From: Lingula anatina
Taxonomy: Eukaryota > Animalia > Brachiopoda
Assembly (NCBI GenBank): GCA_051362555.1
Contig: CM120640.1
Span: 8,928,001 to 8,992,000, forward strand
Length of the DNA stretch: 64,000 bases
Direction: 5' to 3'
Under the pieces are notes generated by a model. The model was not told where the DNA came from and searched no databases. It saw nothing but the letters and a program-made list of their open reading frames with translations. Below are positions 50,391 to 64,000 of this stretch, one piece after another. Each line of letters opens with the position of its first letter. Positions within the stretch are counted from its first letter, which is position 1. Made by a program: the position numbers and the translations under genes.

Positions 50391-53364
50391 GTAAGCAAAT
50401 TAACCATTAACAGAAGTATTTTCTTTGGTGTTTTCATATGCTTCTGAAGTTCTGCGCAAATTGGAGTCCCAAGCAACTGCAGTTATTTGACGGTATTGCC
50501 TGTACTACGCTTTGACGTTCTGTGTAAATGACGTCTGTTTTCCGTCAGTAATGGCATTTGCAGCTTGCAAGTAAGCGAGCGAGTTGAAGAAGTATTTCTG
50601 GAATTTATACGCCCTTTCATAGTGAGACTTTTTAGTAAAAAATTATCGGAGAACTCGGTGATCAATAATATTGATAAGCCGTTTTAACATTGACAGGATG
50701 GTACTACTTATATAATGGTTAAATGGTAATTTGAACAATGAAATATTTTCACCCTCTCAGCGGAGTTGCAAAAGTAGACATGATAAATATAGCATGTAAA
50801 TCCAGAGTTGTTGTAACTATTAATTGATTTGATTTTATTTGGAAAAAAATTAATAAATCCCTGCCATGTTTACGTATTTATGTGTTAATCCCATACTTCA
50901 AAGTAGCTGACTATTTTTCATGTTTGTCACTATTAACGTATTCTGAGACCATTTTTCCATATTTTTGTAAGTAAGGATTAAGATTTTTTTCTTCTGAATT
51001 ACGTGTGCCAAACAAAAATACCCCTCTTCCTTCACTTAGTAGTAATACACTGTAGGTCATATTTGCAAACATAATTCAATAAGTTTGTTATTATAACCTT
51101 GAAATGAACTTAAGGAACATTATTTACTTTAAATATCATTTGGTCAAAAGAAGTTTTAGAATTATCCCAATCCTTATTTTGAAAATTTTTATAAGTATTA
51201 TAACCCAGCAAGACAGTGAAGAAAGCATGTTCACGACACTGTATTTTTACAATGTGATTATTTTGAAATTAACATATGGAAGCTTTAGAAATGGTGTTTC
51301 TGAGATGAGATTGTAACTTTTCAAATTGGTAACATTGTTTTTAAAGTCATTACTTTTTTTTCAAACTCCAATCCTTATTTGCTTTTGACATGAGCATTAA
51401 ATAGAATTTTGCAGATAAAATTCTTATTTTAAAGATTTTTTGTACTTTATAATGGTTTGTTTTTGTTAACAAGCTGTTAACACCATTTCTTTCTTTCTTT
51501 TCCATTTAAATGTTGTTATATAGAAGCTGTTTGTCTTTGAAAACAAAAATGTGGGAAAACAAAAAGAAATAGATCATGATGAATTAAAAGCATCTTGTTG
51601 GGATAAATTTATTTGGCCCTTTTTGAGTTGCACAAGGTCTTTAAAAGAACTTAAAGAAATATACATTTGGTACAGTGCTCCCTTTGTTATCAGAATCAAT
51701 TCATTGACGAAATCTGTCAGTTTTTGTTGATGTCAGTGGTATCAGGTAGGTGGCATTTCAGTTTAAGCCCAGATTCTAATACGTAAAAAAATGAACTTTG
51801 TTGTTATGTTAAAATTATAGGTTTTGTATTACAGTTACTGACTCCCAAACACTTAAAACGTACATTTGATCTTACTGGAATTGATCGATGTATGTGTCAG
51901 GTAGCTCCTTTATAACAGTCCAGGCTGTTGTAAGGTCACTTGGTTATCAGATAGAATATGTGACCTTGGTATAGAAGTTTTATGAAGTAGAAGTGATAGT
52001 GTTTAGAATTGGAAACATCATTTCTAGTGCAGTTATTTATTCTGTGAAATCAATGAAAATCTGTGAAATCAGTTAACTAGTCATTTTCTAAACATTTAGA
52101 CTTCATTGTAGATCCCATTATACTGTTGAGTAATAAATGTACAGGCTATTAGTGTGTACCACATTGCCAACCACATAGGAGGCTGAAAACCTCCATCCTC
52201 CACCTTTATATTGTGATCCTGTTTATTTACAAGTTATCCAGTCTTAGACTCAGTTGTTTGCTGAGAAATTTGATCCTTTTACAACTAACTGTGTGTTTAA
52301 TGAGGCAATCTAATATTCAGTAAAAAAAGCTGCAGTGAGTTATGATGCAAGGCAGTCTTTTGAATGGCGGGTGTGTGAAGGTTATTCAAGTATGCAGACA
52401 TCTCAAATCGCACCCAAATAGTGCCCAGATTTTTGTAAAGGTATACCTGAGAATTGCAGTAGAGGAAACAAATTGAGAACGCTCACATATTGAAAGTATT
52501 TAATCGCAAACAGGTTTAATTTTGTCATTTGTTTACCAGACTATTTTTTAGATTGTCACAACTGTATAGAGAGCACATAGAAAATATAGACAGGGCTCAG
52601 CAATATATTCACTTAAGCATTACCTGGGGGAACAATCAGAAACCAGTAAATATTCAATTAGTAGAACATATGGTCATAAAATCTTACTACCTGTTAAGCA
52701 GAGGGCTTTCAGATAAGTCACATAAACATGGATACAGTTGTGAGCTCGGTTACTTGAGTCTTACAGATTATTTGATCTTTTATTGAGATATAGCATGATG
52801 TGTATTCTGGATCAATAAATCTGAAATGAATGGAACAGATCAGCAACATACACAATACCAACGCACATGTGCTATATGGCATTACTGAGGTTTAATAGTC
52901 CCATAATGCACAACAATATGGACATTATGATATATGCTTTACACAGATTATATGGGTGAATGCAATCTTATGTTACTCATTTAGCCTCTAACATTATACT
53001 GGCATTAGCAAGCACAGTGTGTAAATATGACAAATAATATCCAGTTTGTTGGATGGAGGAAGGAAGACACTGCTAAATATATTATTTATATACTGGTAAA
53101 GTGCACGGATATTTCAGACAGGTGTGTAAAGGTTAAAGCAAATGATATCAGCCTTGACTGAGATAACTATAGAAAAGTATCGGAATAATAGTATTAGTGG
53201 TTTCCAATCAAAATTTGACATGTAACAAGTGTTAGGGTATTGTGTTACAAGGTGCTGTGTTATGCAATTAATCCCTGACTGGATTGATCTGATAGGAGTC
53301 CTAAATGTTCTCTTGTTTGTGTAGTGGATGAATGTGCACCTGAAATGGGAATATGATTAAGGTT

Positions 53365-53366
<2 letters not shown>

Positions 53367-53451
<85 letters not shown>
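53367..53451. repeat. Compound (TA)n(GA)n microsatellite
   Basis: Directly visible. Confidence 0.97.
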
Positions 53452-53452
<1 letters not shown>

Positions 53453-54367
53453 ATTTTAATTAGATTTGATTCAAGTGTTAAAATTTAAGTTTAAAGTCAT
53501 AAATAAATAATGAAACTGACAGATTAGTTGACAAACTTGAGCCAGAGCACATGCAGTGTGGTTATGGGGTGTAACTCAGAGAAAACTCTTCAGCTGCCCA
53601 AGAGGCTTTACTGTGTGCACTGCAGTGCTTCCCATAGACATTGATTTTACTAGCTACACATCATTGCAAACCACCAGTGTATAGACCCAAATTGATATTT
53701 TATTGTAGCTTACATCTTTCATGAATAATGAAAACTTATGCTGTTAATGAGTTGTTGTACCACTGTAGTGTATGGAAGTCGCCTTATCAGGTATTCCAGT
53801 GTGCTCTGAATATGTAATTCTTTCAGTAACATATATTTGATGGAATAAATGAAGTGAACATATGCCAAGCAGTTATGGAAAGCAAGAACTATTTAGTCAA
53901 ATATTTATGAGAAGAACACAGCAGTTATGCTACAAGGCTGGTACAGTATGTTTTCTCATAACACAAACTATGACTGCTGAATATATCATGGTTATAGAAA
54001 GAGAACAATTTGTAGCTAATTTTGTCTCTGTGCTGCAGTTGTGCTGCAGTTTGCACCTGTTTTACCAGATAGCTCAGAAGAGTAGTGACACTTAGCTCTA
54101 ATAAATGTTATGGGGAGGTACTCTTGCCGTCAGTCAGGATAATTGTGAAACATGATGATTAAAGAAGTAAACGTGCTGTGGTTTTGAATGTTTTGTAGAA
54201 TACATTCCCAGGTAACTCCACCACCATAACCACTACCACCAACAAATGCACGCAGCCTATCCGTGATTATTCTGTTGTCACAGTTAAAAGCTGTTATGAA
54301 AATGATTCATATTTTGATCAAGGACACATCTGGAACTCAAGGAAAATAGTGTATATATAGGGAAATT

Positions 54368-54440
54368 ATACAGAGTCTAGGAGGATACAGTGTCTAGGAA
54401 ATACAGAGTGGAGGGGGATATATTGTCTAGGTGGATACAT
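54368..54440. repeat. Degenerate minisatellite, unit about 17 bp
   Basis: ATACAGAGTCTAGGAGG-like unit repeated about four times. Confidence 0.65.
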
Positions 54441-57280
54441 AGCTCCTGTCCACTTTTAAAAAGTGATGACACAACTAAAGCTAGTTGCAAAAATTAACAA
54501 AAAAAAAAAATACTAGTAACAAGTTTTCTTTCTAAGATGTATGTATAATAAGGAAGAGAACCCCTCCCCCTCAATTGACTTTTGCATTTAAGGGAATTTT
54601 TTAAAGATGACACAGATCTTTTTAAGCTCCAAGGTAAGTGATGCTGCCATATGTGACACAGAAAGGACATGCTTCACTGATGTGCAATTTGACCCTCAAG
54701 AAAAGACATTGAGAATTTAATGCAGTGCCACTCCACTATATGTAGACATGTTCACAGTAATCTGTTTTTGTGCAAACTTGCTCTGTACCAGATGTGGTCA
54801 CAAGCTGAGGGGAAAAGTAGCTTGTATCACATGGTGAAGATGTCAGATGACTTTGATACATGTTTTTCTGACTTCGTCAACTGTTGATCGTGTTCATTTT
54901 AAGTCATCACATGTGCTAACACACACTGTCACACACACACAAATACACACACTCACACATACTGGAGCAGGTTCATTCTGAATGTTTTTTCTTGTGTGAA
55001 TGCAGCGTAACACAGTGTGTCACCACAGCAATAAAGATATAAATGTCATTAACGTGTAGACCTAAATGTCTAGGTATCTTTTGGGTGTTATCTTACCTGT
55101 GGTGAGTAGCCATGATAGGAATGTAAACAATGGCACCATAAGGACAGGTGATATTGTCATATATTTTATATATTAGCATGTAAGATGTCACTATGGTTTA
55201 ATGCAAGTACATGCAGAAGTATGTATTAGAATTGAGAAAGGATGTAGTTGTGGCTTTCAATCGGAGTAGTAGAGATTTTTAATAGCTAGCAAGTCAGGCT
55301 AATATCCAGTTAGCACTATATGCCATTTGTTTTTCAAACAACTTATGTTGGCATTGCTACTAAATCTTTGCCTTTGGAGCTAGAAACAAATTTTCAACCA
55401 CTGGATTTTACTGTCACTGTTTATACTGGTATACTAGTAAGAATTGCCATATACTTGGATAGTGTGACTCACAGGTATGTTTGAATTTTTTGTACAGTAA
55501 TTTTTTCAGGGAAGATATAAGGTATCACCCCTAGGCAACAGAGTAATATTATTTATTTGTAACTGTATTTTAACCTGTGTGAGTGGACTAACAAGCTTTG
55601 TATTACTCAGCGGTTGTGCCAGTGATAGCTGAATAAGTGTTCAGTTGAGATCTAATGAGAAAGACAGGTATGTGTATTAAAATAAGAAGAGGAAAAATAT
55701 TTCAGATTGCAAGAAGTTCTGAAGAATATCTCTGTTGATATTTTTCCACCTTTTGACAGGTTTACCTTTTTTGTTTAGAAAAGAAAATAGAGAAATTTTG
55801 CTAGATGTTTTTACAAATTGTCCAAATTGGGGAGAATTCCATTGAAGGTGATGGGAGGGTATTGTTTTTCCTTCTGTAGGACCATTCCACCCTTCCCACG
55901 CTGTGAGCATTTATTTTTTCCAATGTGGTAGCAGAAAACCCCACTACTGTTGATTTAATGCCTCAACTGTTGTTAATACCTTATTTAAAGTCTCTATGTC
56001 ACCTGAATGATTCACCTGTTTAATAGTAAAGGCACAACAGGTCTAACAGTATTTACAGTCAGTAATGTAAGCCTTCTAGATTAGCCTTTAGTCAGTCGGG
56101 TGTCTGTGTCTTTTACATGATAATGGGGCGTGCATCTTGGGATTGAGTGGAGAGGGGGGAGGGGAGAGGGAGCACATCATTGAAATTCTAATTTTCATTG
56201 CTCTACCTGTATAAAAAAGATAGGTCACACTGTCACGCCTTCTTCTTTAACAAACAAGATATAGAAAACCTGTACAGCCAGCTTCAACCTCTAAGGTAGA
56301 GATGAAGGAACAGCTTTTGCTGCCATCAACAGGTAAATTGAATTATTAATGAAATTTTTATACCCTTTGCGGTAGGCTACTGCATGAGTATAATCTGCAT
56401 GCTACAAATGTTGTTTTATCTTTAGTCAACTGTCTAAATATTGTGATTAAATGTTACAGGTAGATAACAGTTCAGGAGGTATCAGCCATTATCCTATGTA
56501 TTGACGCCCTCCTTCCATTGAAAATACATAATGTAGTTAAAATCAGCTTGTAGATCCCCTTTAGGCACACTATTAATTCCCCTGACACACAATGCATGTG
56601 TGGGTTTGAAAAGATTGGAGCCTTTAGCTTTATCAGCTGTGGTGTGTTTTATGACCACTTAGTTTGCAAAGTCACCTTCATAGAGACCAGCAGAGAGGAG
56701 TAGGTTACACATTTATTGTATTTTTTTCAGTGAATTATGTTTATGCCTGTTTTGGCCATTTCATTACCATTCTTGAACCTGAATATGCATTAGGAATATT
56801 GGGCACATTAATTGGACACAAATGCAGTTCTACTTTAATAGCTTGTAGATTATCAGGGTTATCAGAAATACATAAAAGTACTACACACCAGCAGCTATAA
56901 AGATTGTGAACCTTACATGAACGTATGCTAAGAATGGATATGTTTACTCTTCAAGATTTGTTTTGTTGACAGATACAATTAGTTCTATATTTGTTATTAG
57001 GGATTACATCTTGCACTGGACTAAACATGTTAGGTTTTTATTGACAAGTTGGCAAACAGTTGTAACACAAGATTCACAATTTTAGTAATTAGTTATATGT
57101 ATATATGCATTTCTGACAAAAGTACTGTTGGCAGTCATTGTAAATGTAGGTTAACATGTTTGCATAAGTTGACAAGAACTCATCAACATTGAAATGAATA
57201 TTTTATAATTGTGTGTTGGTAAAGTTATCAGCTCTGGACTTGGTACTAGATACTGTTGTCATATCTTGATATGATCAACA

Positions 57281-57704
57281 CTCTAACAAAAAAAAAAAAA
57301 AAAAAAAACTTCAAAGTAAACAAATATTGTTTGAAATTCAGTGCCTCACGAGTATATCTCCATCTGCCAATCAAGTAACACGCTAACCAGCAGTAAGACG
57401 TGTTTTTAGTCAAGTAAGGTTGGCCTATCTTGATATGAACAATTTCAGCAAACTTATCTTATTAAAAGAATGAAGTCGCTGCAGGCAGTTGATTGTGTGT
57501 TACCAAATTGGCTTTCTATGTTGAGCTAATCACAATCAGCAGCGCTGGCTTGTTGAGATAAGTTTTACCAAGCAAGTCAGATGGGCCTTACTTGACTGAA
57601 AACTCAACTTACTTTTGATAAGCGTGTTAATTCATAAGTGGACAAATTCTCATTTGGCATTAACTTTAAGATAAGATTTTTTTCTTTGAAGTTTGTTGTT
57701 GGAG
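57281..57704. mobile_element. Old degenerate palindromic MITE
   Basis: Imperfect inverted arms CTCTAACAAA..CTTCAAAG / CTTTGAAGTTTGTTGTTGGAG and TAACACGCT..AGTCAAGTAAGG..AAACTTATCT / AGATAAGTTT..CCTTACTTGACT..AGCGTGTTAA. Confidence 0.6.
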
Positions 57705-60700
57705 TTATGGGTTGTGATTTAGCAGGTGCTTGTTACATGCTGGTAGTATGGGTGTCTGGTGACAGGTGAGTGTGGTCACTCCAGTCATCATGGTCATAAA
57801 GTGTAACTTGATAGATTATGATAGACTATAAGTAGACAGAAGTGACCCAGACTCACCTCTGACAGACAGGTCAGTTCCCTTTTACAGGTGAATAATGGTA
57901 TCCCTACAAGGGAAAGAGGGTTTATTTTGCTGCAACGCCTTTTGAAAAATTCTTTTATGCTTTTTTTAAAGACCAATGCAGTTTTTTCTCTTTTTGGTGT
58001 TGAGCATTTGTCAGAAATGGTGTAGAAAATTGAAAGGAAACACATAAAAAGACTATCATAGGACTAAATTTGCCCTGTTTCTCCTTTTAGAAAGGGAAAT
58101 GTTTACGTAAGAAAGACTTCCATCCTTTTGATATTCTTTTATTTTGTTAAACCTGTAATGTCAGGAAAATGATCGATCAGGATCACTTTGTGACATTCAC
58201 TTTCATTTTTCATCAGTCAGTGGTCATGAATATTATTGCACTTCCTTTATTTCACACAGGGGTGGCCTTGCAAAGAATCATAAATAATTTTACTGACCAG
58301 TGGTTTGTTATTCAGTAATTTTGTAGTCATCTATGAGCCTGTTACCAAATACAATCAAGTTATTTATAAACTAGATCCAGGTTAAGTCACATCCAGTGTC
58401 AAAAGTATCATGATAGTGAGACAATTTGACAGTCACACCTTAAAGACAGTGTTGCTTTGAGTGCTGGAGAAGTAAAGGACGACACAGAAATTTGAAGTAA
58501 GTAAAGAGGTTTTGCTCGCTAAGAATGAAAAACTTAGTTTGGCTTAAGTCTTGTGTTTTACTTTTACCCAGACAAAAACATTTAATGTTTTACTTTTTAT
58601 CCAAGTACCAAATTAAAAAAAAAAAAAACACAAGGTAAGAAAAAAAAAGACACCTGATTTGCCTGTTGTCAAAAAATTGGAAACAAATTACCTACAAAAC
58701 TAATACTTTCTAAGAGATTTGATTAATGTATAATTAATCAATATTTATGGAAAAAATGGTCCGCCATCTGTCATGGTTGGCTGTAATCTGAGTGGCTGAT
58801 AGGTAGTGTGCAGAGTGGCAGCTGGGATGGGATAAAGATAGCTTCTAATACAGGTGAATCTTTTTGCTGGGTGGATGCCTCAAACACCTTTGTGGACTGC
58901 ACCATATACCATAGGCAGAGAACTCTGCACTGGAGCTCTGCTGTTAAATACGCGTGGTTTAACAGAGACGTAAGGAAGGATCTCGACGCAAGTCAATGTG
59001 CGTGCATGCAAAGTGAAATTTGTCAGTTAATTGTGCTGTCAGGTAAGTTGAAGTATCTATCCTACAGGTTGTACGTGTAGAGTTGTCATTTATGTTTGTT
59101 CAGTGTTGTAGAGCTATTTTGCTTGAGGTAGGAGCTTAAATATCCATGTAAACTCTGACCAGGGATATTAATATAAGTGTTTTTTTGACTTTCTATAGAT
59201 GTGGTATTTTCCAGGGAATGGGAAACATTGAGAATTTGAGATACAATCATTGGAATGAAAATGTAATGAAGTTTTCTGACTATAGGAGTGGAAAACTGTA
59301 AGAAATGAACAATGAAATGGCCTTGTGCCTTACCATAGCTTCTCATTGCCTAAACATTATGGAGAAAACACCTTAACTTCATAACATTGATGACTTTCTT
59401 TTTTATAACTTTAACTGGAAAAGGAGTACGCATTCTACTTTATCAGTTTCATGCCAGATTGTTCATAGAGGGACCCCTTAGTGGGAGCAAAATGGAAAAA
59501 AAAATGAATCAAGAGACTGATGCAAAAATGGCCTACCTGGGTTATATATCTTCTGCACATTATTCTTGAAGGAAAAAATGTGGGTTTCTTCCTCACACAG
59601 CACTATATCAATTTATATTTTCATTAGGATAGAATTATAGAATCATGAATAATGAAAATATCTCTGAGGGAATAAATGCCACCACAGAGTTGTATCCAAA
59701 TGGATTTTTGATTAATGTTCCCGAATTAATAGAGTTTCTCAGGCATGCTTCTTGTAGTTATCATTATATGGTCATTTTTGCAATTGGTGATGTTTTTTTT
59801 CTATGGCAATTAATACCTGATGTTTAAAAGAAGTTTTCATACAAAATACAGTTTTCAAATTGAATTTCTTTTTCTTCAAGTGAGGAAGAAAGATGAATAG
59901 TTGTGTTACAAATAAGAGCAGACAGGTAGAGTGCCAAGATGGAAGTCACAGGTGTTTAAATACATGTAGGCATGCAAGAAGAGACAGACTAGACAGATCT
60001 ACCTTTGAAATAGACTACGCCTACACAAGCACTTGGAGCATTTATGTAGTTTTCAGTCCCCTGCTTCCTGGAAGATTTTTTTTCTTGATCATAACACCCA
60101 TGCAGTACTTTCTGGCTCTGTAATTTCAGTGCAATCTATTTTCCTTTAGATGTTGAATCCTGCTTTGTAGAGAGATAAATCTGTTGTAGGTAGATCTTTG
60201 TGAGGATCATGGATGGATAAAGTCAAGGTTAAAGAAGTCAGGTAGATTTATATGGTTCAGTGAATAACGGTCAGTGGTCAGTGTGTCCAGTAGTCAGTCA
60301 CCAAATGGAAACAGAAACCCATTATAACACATAAATAATAAATACGATCTGCTTCTCTACACTCTTGTGAAGATATATGTAAAATTAGGCAGTAACAAAT
60401 GCTGACGCAGTCTGCCTGGATTCAGTTGCTTGACAGCTTGCTGAAGACTCCATATGTTGCAACGGTTGTTGTCAACAGAGACAGTAATTTCGAATGAATC
60501 TTAGTACTAAAAAGCATTTTTATTTTCTTGTATCATGCATGATCTTATTATAGCTTCGAAAAGGACAAGAAAATGCTGTTATCTGTGTCTAGATTTACTC
60601 ACCTTTCCAGTGAACTGTCAATGTTTACATACCAATTGCTCCTGCAGAGATTCCATGATAAAGCGTACACCAGTACCTGTGACCTTCAGAGGGCAAGTTT

Positions 60701-63700
60701 AAAATGGTAGTTCATTCACACAACACACAAACTATGATTCAAGATTAAAACTGCAAGGCAGAGCTCAACTGACTTTAAATGTCTTCCATATTGAATTTGG
60801 CTTTGTAAATTGAAAGGTGATTGCAGAGGGCTTGTTCGTCCTGTTAGCTTGCAAATTACTAATGCATTCCTGCAATGTTTTTCCGTCCAAGTGAGAGTGG
60901 TTCACCCGTAACTAGGTTAGCCTCCACTTAAAACTTTATTGAATAAAAATACCACATGTTAGTTATTTGGTTGGAGAGCTGCTAGCACCATGATGGTAAG
61001 GGCCAGTCATCACAGATTGATTTGTTTGATGGTATAATCTTCTTCTGGAGAAAACATCTAAAGCGTTACTGAATGTTGTCTTTATTAAGTGGCTTTCGTG
61101 ATAAGATACGGAAGATCTTTATTTGTAAATTAGTCAGACGTGTGCAGTCTTTAGGGGAAGATTGGCCATCCAGTGCTGTGGACTGAGTGTGTTTGGAGTT
61201 TGTGGAAGGGAAACATGGTTTACCAACTTACTGGATCTGGAGGGGAATTTGCACCACATGCACAGTGTAAGCAGGCAGAATGATTGTTTGTGTGGTTAAG
61301 CAAGTGATGTTCTTGATGATGAGTGAAAATGAGAAGTCTAAAAGAAGAATCAATTATCAACTGCAACAGTAAAGTAAATTGACTCTCAAGACATGCTTTT
61401 TATTTTTGTGTACCTTTTTTACATTAGATGTGAATTTCTGCTTGAAGGGATATTCACAGTATGGCGTTGAGCAAAACAAACTCAAATTCCTCAGAAAATG
61501 TTAAGTGCGATGATGTGTGAAGCTGTAGGATTTCTCAGAAACTATGACCTTTCTAAGAATGCTTTCAACTTGGCAGGTAAATGTTACTCAATCCAAAAAC
61601 TGTAGGAAAGTTATTACCATTTTTAAAAGTAGTTTGAAAAGGTTACATTTAGAAGCCAATTTGTAACACTGGAAATGCATGTAGAATGGGTATAAGTTCA
61701 TAAAGCTCCCCTTGCTAGGCTGGATAATCTGTTCAAAATGGTAGAAATCCATCATATGAATAGTGAACCTAGATGTAGGACCAGGCAGTTTTGGAACCTG
61801 GCATTAGAGTTCATAGTCTCTACAAGTTAAAAAGGAACTCTTCTAAACTTGCAGTTTTCATTATCTAGTTATCTGATAACATTAGTCCCACTTAACTCAG
61901 GTCTAAAATTGATGTTAGATATAACAGGTATGGCAGAGTTGGAGATGAAATACACACTGGCCCTCTCAGAAGTAAGCACATATTTGTTAAAATCTCAAAT
62001 TGATATTTATGAGTAGTTGGAATGCTTGCAGTTGAATGCCACAATTATTTCATTTTCCATCATGTAGGTAGCTGTGGGATCACTCCCTGTGGTATATCAC
62101 CCTCTTTCCTACCTTTCAGGAAAGCTTTCTCTGTAGCGTACCTCTTCCTAGTGACATGGGTGGTAACCTCTTGGATGTTTACATTTATAAATCCTGGTTT
62201 AAAACTGAAGTGTATGGCATAAATTCTCCAAGTGCTAACGTGTAAGGTGACCATAAAGGTGTGAAGATTTATTATTTCCTTATGATTGCTGCTAAACTAT
62301 TTATATGATGTGTTTTAGGTTCAAATTTTTCTCTTTGGACCACACATCATCAGACACATCAGCTTGCAAGAAAAAATTTAATTAATGAACAAGGAACAAT
62401 AAAAAAAGACTTCAGACTTTTTTTTCAAAAACCTTAATAACAGTGAATATTTCAGTGGTATAATGCATGAAATCATTATTTTTTAAACTTCCATCCTAGG
62501 AAAGTTGGAATACAGACACATATCTCAACTGCTTATTAATATATACCCCAGAGAACCAGATCTATTGCACAAACTTATGTCCTGGAGCTAAAGTAATTAT
62601 TGATGATGGATTAATAAATGTCTAGCTCCGTGGTGAAATGTTGGTTATACTGTAACAGCAGTTGTGAAATCCATCATGTTTCAGAAAGCCAACATGTGGC
62701 ACTTGTGGTGCGAGAAAATTCACTCCAAAATTGTGACTGGTTGAGACAGCATTGTGTTGACTTGTCTTCTCAAACACAATCTAATTCACGCTTCAGATCA
62801 GTCTGTACTTTAATGGTCATTATATCCACAAGTGCCAAATCACCAGTGGTCAGACAGTCCTTGGCTCCTTTTGAATCTCTTGGGAAACATCAGGGAAAAT
62901 TGTAGGTGCTGGTTGCCATAGAAACTTCTCTGGAGATGTTTTACTGTCGATTCGCAACTAGTTTGTTTTACATGTTCAAGTGATCTACCTTAGGGATGGC
63001 TTAAAGATAAAGGAATTTATTTGATAGAAAATAGTTCATAAACCTGAAAGATTTGAAATAATATAAATGTTTTTGTGTGATTACTCACATGCAATAATTA
63101 TAGTCCCTTGAATATCATTACTGGGAAAATGTCTAGGTCGTCCATGTGCAATGAATCATCGCAGAAATGCGACAAGATCACTATCTGGGATCTAGGCTCT
63201 TATGTAATTTTCAGAGAAAATGACCTGTAGAGTAGTCACTTGGTGATGCTAGATATATGCTCTGTAAAATACAATGCCGTTTGATTCCTAGCAATTGATC
63301 TTGCAACGTAACGAGTCTGGCCAACAGTCATAATAGGCAGAGCTCATTGATAAATTCACCATTAACATATTGATTTTTGTAGGCTTCCTTGTGTGGAACA
63401 GAACACTTAATGACATTATGCAGGTTTGAGACATCTGTGGGTGATTGCGTTGTTGGGGGCTTGAAAATACAGAATAATTCTTACGCTGTATATTTATTTT
63501 ATCAATAATAACCAACCTCTTGACTGAAAGACTGACCCATATTTCTTGACTCCCATCTGTCAATTTGTCTCCTGGTTCTCAACAGGAATTCAATACAAGG
63601 TAGTCTGCGAGGATGATATTGTACAAAATCCATACATTTCTGAGGGACGGCATATTATTCAAACTCCTCATCCATCACCAGATGGCTTTCAAGCAGATTA

Positions 63701-64000
63701 TATGTGAACAGTTGCATGAGAGTTTAGAGTGTATTGTAGCACTTCTGAGACTGGCTGGCTCAATGGCTGTGGTGGAAGCAGCAGTCTGACCCAGTGTAGA
63801 CTATAATCTATTTGGTGTCTAGGGTCATTTGCTAGCTGTAACATACAGATGGTGTTCTAGCCTATGGGACAGGATGGTATAGACTGGGAGCAGCGCATTT
63901 AGTGATCTCCTACTGATAATTACAAGAATTTTAGCAGTCTTGGAGAACTCCTTTCAGAAAGAAATTCTAGGAAAAACGAGGATTGAGGCATAATGTCAGG

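Noticed and set aside
53260-53454. 64-aa ORF LSLSLS/IYIYIY
   Set aside because: It is the translation of a microsatellite.
63586-63706. Possible second exon joining ATGG at 50387-50390 to give a peptide of about 41 aa
   Set aside because: No recognisable homology; an AG plus a short open frame is expected by chance.

Overview
AT-rich eukaryotic genomic DNA, probably from a lophotrochozoan invertebrate such as a mollusc (inferred from the repeat types). From left to right the window contains: (1) the 3' end of a non-LTR retrotransposon, lying inside an intron of a minus-strand TSPAN33-like tetraspanin; (2) a complete 29-exon exportin-7 gene (+, about 1097 aa), head-to-head with the tetraspanin, with one U12-type intron and two Helentron-derived (HINE) elements carrying satellite arrays; (3) two tandem minus-strand failed-axon-connections (FAX/metaxin-like GST-fold) genes; (4) about 14 kb with no recognisable coding sequence, probably the first intron of a divergently transcribed gene. 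The most striking feature is the FAX cluster. Each gene carries two homologous, strongly diverged copies of exon 4 whose lengths make them mutually exclusive. The downstream gene is followed by an extra exon 4-5-6 module that has no exons 1-3 of its own. At least one dead exon-4 copy lies in an intron, and the constant exons are almost identical between the paralogues. This looks like a constant-plus-variable-exon diversification system for a membrane-anchored GST-like protein. All exon models were read by eye and have no transcript support.
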